From positions 32,364,001 to 32,428,000 of the forward strand of contig NC_045720.1 in NCBI RefSeq assembly GCF_009834535.1: a stretch of 64,000 nucleotides of DNA. Direction: 5' to 3'. This DNA is from Camelus ferus. Taxonomy: Eukaryota. Position 1 is the stretch's first letter, and every line of letters starts with the position of its first letter. Below are positions 59,630-64,000 of the stretch, one piece after another. The notes under the pieces were generated by a model, which worked only from the letters and a program-made list of their open reading frames with translations, was not told the DNA's origin and did not search any database. The position numbers were made by a program, and so were the translations under genes.

Positions 59630-60595
59630 CTGTTTAAGTTCTTTACTTGATATTTCTTCAGTTAGTGATGCTTTTCCTTGCACCCGAAATGCACACTTTC
59701 AAATTCTGCATTTAAAGACCCAATTTGGTGGACCAATTGGAAGGAAGGAGACAGCTTCTCCTAACCTCAGTCAGTGTAAAAGGTGAACTTCCTAATGCTC
59801 CTGTGGGCAAGGTGTATTTTTTGGATTAATTTTAAAATTATATTTTAAGGTACGGGAGAATACTTGGAAAATTGTAAAGTTCTCCACGTATATAAGTCTT
59901 ATCTGCATCTCTGTCATCTGTCTCGAGAGAACAGGAAACAGTCATTGAGCTCTGTTATAAAGGCAGAGAATCCTCAGCCAGAAGGTTGGAAGATCTTTCT
60001 TTCATTCCCTCTTCAAACATTTATTAAGCACCTGCAGTTAGCAAACACAAAGACATTCTTAAAGGGTAGACAGTCTAGTGGGGAGAGAGAAACTTCTGGA
60101 AATAGTCACAGTGGATGAGTGCTTTTGTAAGACAAGTCCTTTTACATTAACTATAACACAAACCAGCTTAACCCATGCAGTTAGGACATATTGTCTAAAG
60201 ACACATACCACTTGGTAACAATTACACATATATACCATATAAAGGAAAAGAAACTCACATCTGTCAATCATGGAAAGACTCATTGGTTTAGATGGTACCT
60301 TAAAATTTTCTTCTATCCTGTCATTTTCTGAAATAACAACAACAACAAAAAAGAATGATGACATATGAAAGAAAAAGAAAGGAAGGAAGAAAGAACAGAA
60401 GAAAAACTGAATGTTTTAGTGGCAAAAACAGTGTCTGGCTCAATAAATATTTGAGAAATGAACAAATACATTAATAGCAAGATAGGGGAAGGGATTTACC
60501 AATTTCTTATGTGAGTATCCTAGCTATGCACATGTTAATATCTATACACCCTTCTATGATTCAGTGGGAAAAAAATTGAGGTTCATGAGCCAGAT

Positions 60596-61005
60596 GCTGT
60601 GGCAGATCACAGTGCCATCTTCCTCATAGCTTGGAGTGCCCAGTGAGTTGGAAATGGAAGTGTAGAGTGGGGATTCCAGGTCATTTTCTTACAGGGAGTT
60701 GACTCAGGTGGAACTTAGATTCTTTTGCCCTACCCTTTCTTTGTTTGTCTGGAACACATATATAATTACTGGAGCTCCAGCAGCCATGCTGGGCCATGAG
60801 ACAACCTGGAGGAAGAAAAGGATGCTAAGGATGATGGGATGTAGAAAGACAGAGGAAACTAGGTCCCTGGTGATCATGGAGCTGCCAAACCAACCTTGGA
60901 CTGTCAACCTCTCGACTTTTCTTTCCTGTAGGAGAAATGAAACCTTTATTTTGTTTGAGCCTAAGATGGGGTCTTCTGTTATATGCAGCTGAACCAAGTG
61001 CTAAT
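60596..61005 (+). mobile_element. MLT1J-type MaLR LTR
   Basis: GGAGCTCCAGCAGCCATGCTGGGCCATGAG...GGTCCCTGGTGATCATGGAGCTGCC...CTGTTATATGCAGCTGAACC. Confidence 0.8.
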
Positions 61006-61116
61006 TTATACACAGCCATTTTGCTGTTCTTCTCAGGGGCTTGAGTCAGTAATTTCCTGCCTTTTATCTCCTTTCGAAGCTTCCCTTGCTGCAGCCCTTC
61101 CAGCTATCCTAAAACC

Positions 61117-61335
61117 CAGGAATTGGGGAACTTTTTCTTTACAGATCTTTAGGAAATATTTTAGGCTTTGCGAGTAATCTGGTATCTGTTGTGCACACAG
61201 ATGGAACTGAGCTCTGTCTGGTGCAAGAGCTGTCGTGACATCATGAAAACAATGTGTGTAGCTGTGTTCCAGGAAAACTTTATTTATAAGAATGTGCAGC
61301 TGGCCTGCAGGCCCTTGTTAGCAGACCCTTCTTTA
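61117..61335. mobile_element. MER58A hAT-Charlie MITE
   Basis: AAATATTTTAGGCTTTGCG...TAGCTGTGTTCCAGGAAAACTTTATTTATAA...GCAGACCC. Confidence 0.8.
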
Positions 61336-62281
61336 GTCCACAAACCTCGGGGAAGGGAAAAATAGCTTTTGTTCACAAAGTGAACAACAGCAACAAAAAA
61401 TGTCAGCCTATTGTTCAAGGGTCTCCCCTCTTGGACCATGACATTTCCAAGGAAGGGACCGTGTCTAATTCATGTGTTTATTCTCCTCACCTAGCACAGC
61501 ATCTGGCACATAATAACGAGCTCAGTAAATATTTTCAAATAAATAAATGAGAGTAAAGAACCAAGTCAAGGAGGTGATGAGTCCTTTGAAGGCTGAGAGG
61601 TTGTGGCGGCGAAGAGCTCTGGTTTAAACGAAAATCCTTTTAAGCGAAAGCTGCTTGAGTGGTTGTGAAACCTGAATGTACCACAAATACCTCTTCTTAC
61701 TTTCTGAGCAGATGAATGCGTGTCTTCTATAAAACCTTCTGCACATTAAACAACAGGGTAAAACCCTCCTCTTTCAATTCCCCTGCTTCTCACACATACT
61801 GAGGGGAGAACCCAGACCCAGCAATGGAGGGGATGGATGGTCATCTCCATCCAAGGTACTGGGCTGGATGGGCATGAAGGAAGTGTGAGAATAGAGCCAG
61901 TGAGCTTGGTGAGTGGTGCCGGGTCCCTGCTGGGGGTGCTGGAGGGAAACACCACTTTCTGCAGGGGCTGCAGAGAGAGACTGGGTCACAGCTGTGACCA
62001 GAAGCCCTTTGGAGAAAAGGTTTGCCCCTCTCCCAGTGCGGTGGGTGCAAACAGTCACTGGTGGTCTTTGGACAGGGGCTACGTGTGCTGAGTCAGAGAC
62101 ACAGTTCACGTGACCCACATGCAAACTCACACACCCGTCTTTCCACATTGCTCTCTTACAATAAGCTCAGTTTTCCTGGCCTGTACCAGGTGCAGATGAG
62201 GATCAATGACTTTGGGGTCATTGATTCTGGGGTGAGGGTGTAGCTTCTGTGTTGCTCATTTCCCTGATAATTTACAAAGAC

Positions 62282-62628
62282 CAGGTCCAGAGTCCCTTAT
62301 TCAAAACCCTTGGGCTGTCTGCAAACTGGCCTTCAGAATACTGTGGGTTCAAGAAAGGTAATGCAGTGCACATGTTATGTATAATTCAAAGCCCTCAGCA
62401 CAGTCTGGGGAAGTACCCTGTGACCAAACACATTAATATTTGCCAAAAAATATGAATATTCACACTCAGCAGGATCGGGAAAGAATGCATAAAGCCTCAT
62501 TCATTGTCAGGTCAGGTTTTGTCACCAAAGGGATTTTGATATCAAATGTGTGAAAAAAAAAAAAAAAGGAAAAAAGAAAATTTTCAGAGTTTTTGGATTT
62601 CATAAATGTGAAGAAGGTTGTGGGCCTT
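62282..62628. mobile_element. MER46C TcMar-Tigger MITE
   Basis: CAGGTCCAGAGTCCCTTATTCAAAACCCTTGGG...ACACATTAATATT...CAGGTCAGGTTTTGTCACCAAA...TTTTCAGAGTTTTTGGATTTC...TTGTGGGCCT. Confidence 0.85.
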
Positions 62629-62839
62629 AAAACTGCCACCTTCCAAAGACTCAGTATTAATGTCACCACAGAAGCACATCCACATGGTGCTTTGTGCTCT
62701 TCATGATAATTTCATGTTCTGACGCGTTTGTTCCGTGGACGTGTCCTCACCACACAGTATAACACATAATCGGTGCTTACTGAGTTCTTGTTAATTAAGC
62801 AACCAACAGTTTTGCAATTTAAAAGTTATGAGAAGAGTG

Positions 62840-62975
62840 ATTTAGCAATATCTGGAGGTGTTTTTGGTTGTCTCTACTTGCTAGGAGAGATTTTGGCATC
62901 TAGTGAGTGGAGGTGAGGGAACAGCTCAGAATCCTACAATGCACAGGACACCCTGTCCATGGATCAGCCAGTCCT
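62840..62975 (+). mobile_element. MER20 fragment
   Basis: GCAATATCTGGAGGTGTTTTTGGTTGTC...TGGCATCTAGTGAGTGGAGG...ATCCTACAATGCACAGGACA. Confidence 0.75.
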
Positions 62976-62994
62976 TGACAAGGCCTTACCTTCC

Positions 62995-63981
62995 AGAATA
63001 TACCAACAGCTCATACAACTCAGTAACAAAAAAACAAACAACCCAATTCAAAAGTGGGCAGAAGACCTAAGCAGACATTTCTCCAATGAAGAGATACAGA
63101 TGGCCAATAGGCACATGAAAAAATGCTCAATATCGCTAATTATCAGAGAAATGCAAATCAAAACTACAATGAGGTACTACCTCACCATCATTCAAAAGTN
63201 NNNNNNNNNNNNNNNNNNNNNNNNNNNNNNNNNNNNNNNNNNNNNNNNNNNNNNNNNNNNNNNNNNNNNNNNNNNNNNNNNNNNNNNNNNNNNNNNNNNN
63301 NNNNNNNNNNNNNNNNNNNNNNNNNNNNNNNNNNNNNNNNNNNNNNNNNNNNNNNNNNNNNNNNNNNNNNNNAACTGTAATTTGATAAGNNNNNNNNNNN
63401 NNNNNNNNNNNNNNNNNNNNNNNNNNNNNNNNNNNNNNNNNNNNNNNNNNNNNNNNNNNNNNNNNNNNNNNNNNNNNNNNNNNNNNNNNNNNNNNNNNNN
63501 NNNNNNNNNNNNNNNNNNNNNNNNNNNNNNNNNNNNNNNNNNNTGCAGCAACATGGGTGTTCCTGGAGAATGTCATTCTAAGTGAAGTAAGCCAGAAAGA
63601 GAAAGAAAAATACCATATGCTACCACTCATACGTGAAATCTTAAAAAAAAAAAAAAAAGGACACAAATGAACTTATTTATAAAACAGAAAAACAGGGACA
63701 GACTCACAGACATAGGAAACAAACTTATGATTACCAGAGGGGGAAAGGGGGTGAAGAGCGAGAAATTGTGAGTTAGGGATTTGCAGATACATACTACTAT
63801 ATATAAAATAGATAAACAACAGGGTCCTACTGTATAGCACGGGGAACTGGAACTATAGTCAATACCTTGCAATGGCTTATAATGAAAAAAACCATGGAAA
63901 GAAATATTTATGTACGTCTAACTGAATCACTATGCTGTACACCAGAAACTAACACAGCATTGTAAACCGACTACACTTTAA
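62995..63981 (+). mobile_element. 5'-truncated camelid L1 (ORF2 C-terminus plus 3'UTR), containing two N-runs
   Basis: Translates [62 protein letters not shown], and after the gaps ATWVFLENVILSEVSQKEKEKYH. Possible decayed TSD at 62980-62994 / 63982-63996. Confidence 0.92.
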
Positions 63982-64000
63982 AAGACTCCGCCTTCCCAGG

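Noticed and set aside
62959-63585. 208-aa ORF
   Set aside because: Truncated L1 ORF2 C-terminus, artificially extended through Ns.

Overview
Mammalian genomic DNA, almost certainly a camelid (alpaca/llama/camel), judged by five copies of the tRNA-Ala-derived Vic-1-type SINE. The only protein-coding feature I can support is exon 1 of MTDH (metadherin/LYRIC/AEG-1) on the minus strand: CDS 4788-~5168, splice donor at 4787, start codon hidden in an N-run. It sits in a CpG-island promoter with paired GTCACGTG E-boxes, GC boxes and a YY1-like site, and its 5'UTR carries a 4-codon uORF. Bases 1-4787 are MTDH intron 1. Bases ~5.6-64 kb are gene-free upstream DNA filled with L1, L2, MIR, MaLR LTRs and DNA-transposon relics. 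The other ORFs in the supplied track look like chance or repeat-derived frames. Most interesting observations: (1) a ~350-bp TSD-flanked mini-L1 in which an L1 5' promoter end is fused directly to the L1 3'UTR/polyA, possibly a spliced, retrotransposed non-autonomous element; (2) an L1 insertion flanked by a 70-90-bp target duplication; (3) a ~96-bp, ~91% identical inverted duplication around a 410-bp spacer; (4) several small fold-back/templated insertions. Repeat subfamily names come from recalled consensus sequences, not a database search, and repeat boundaries are approximate unless a TSD or TIR is given.
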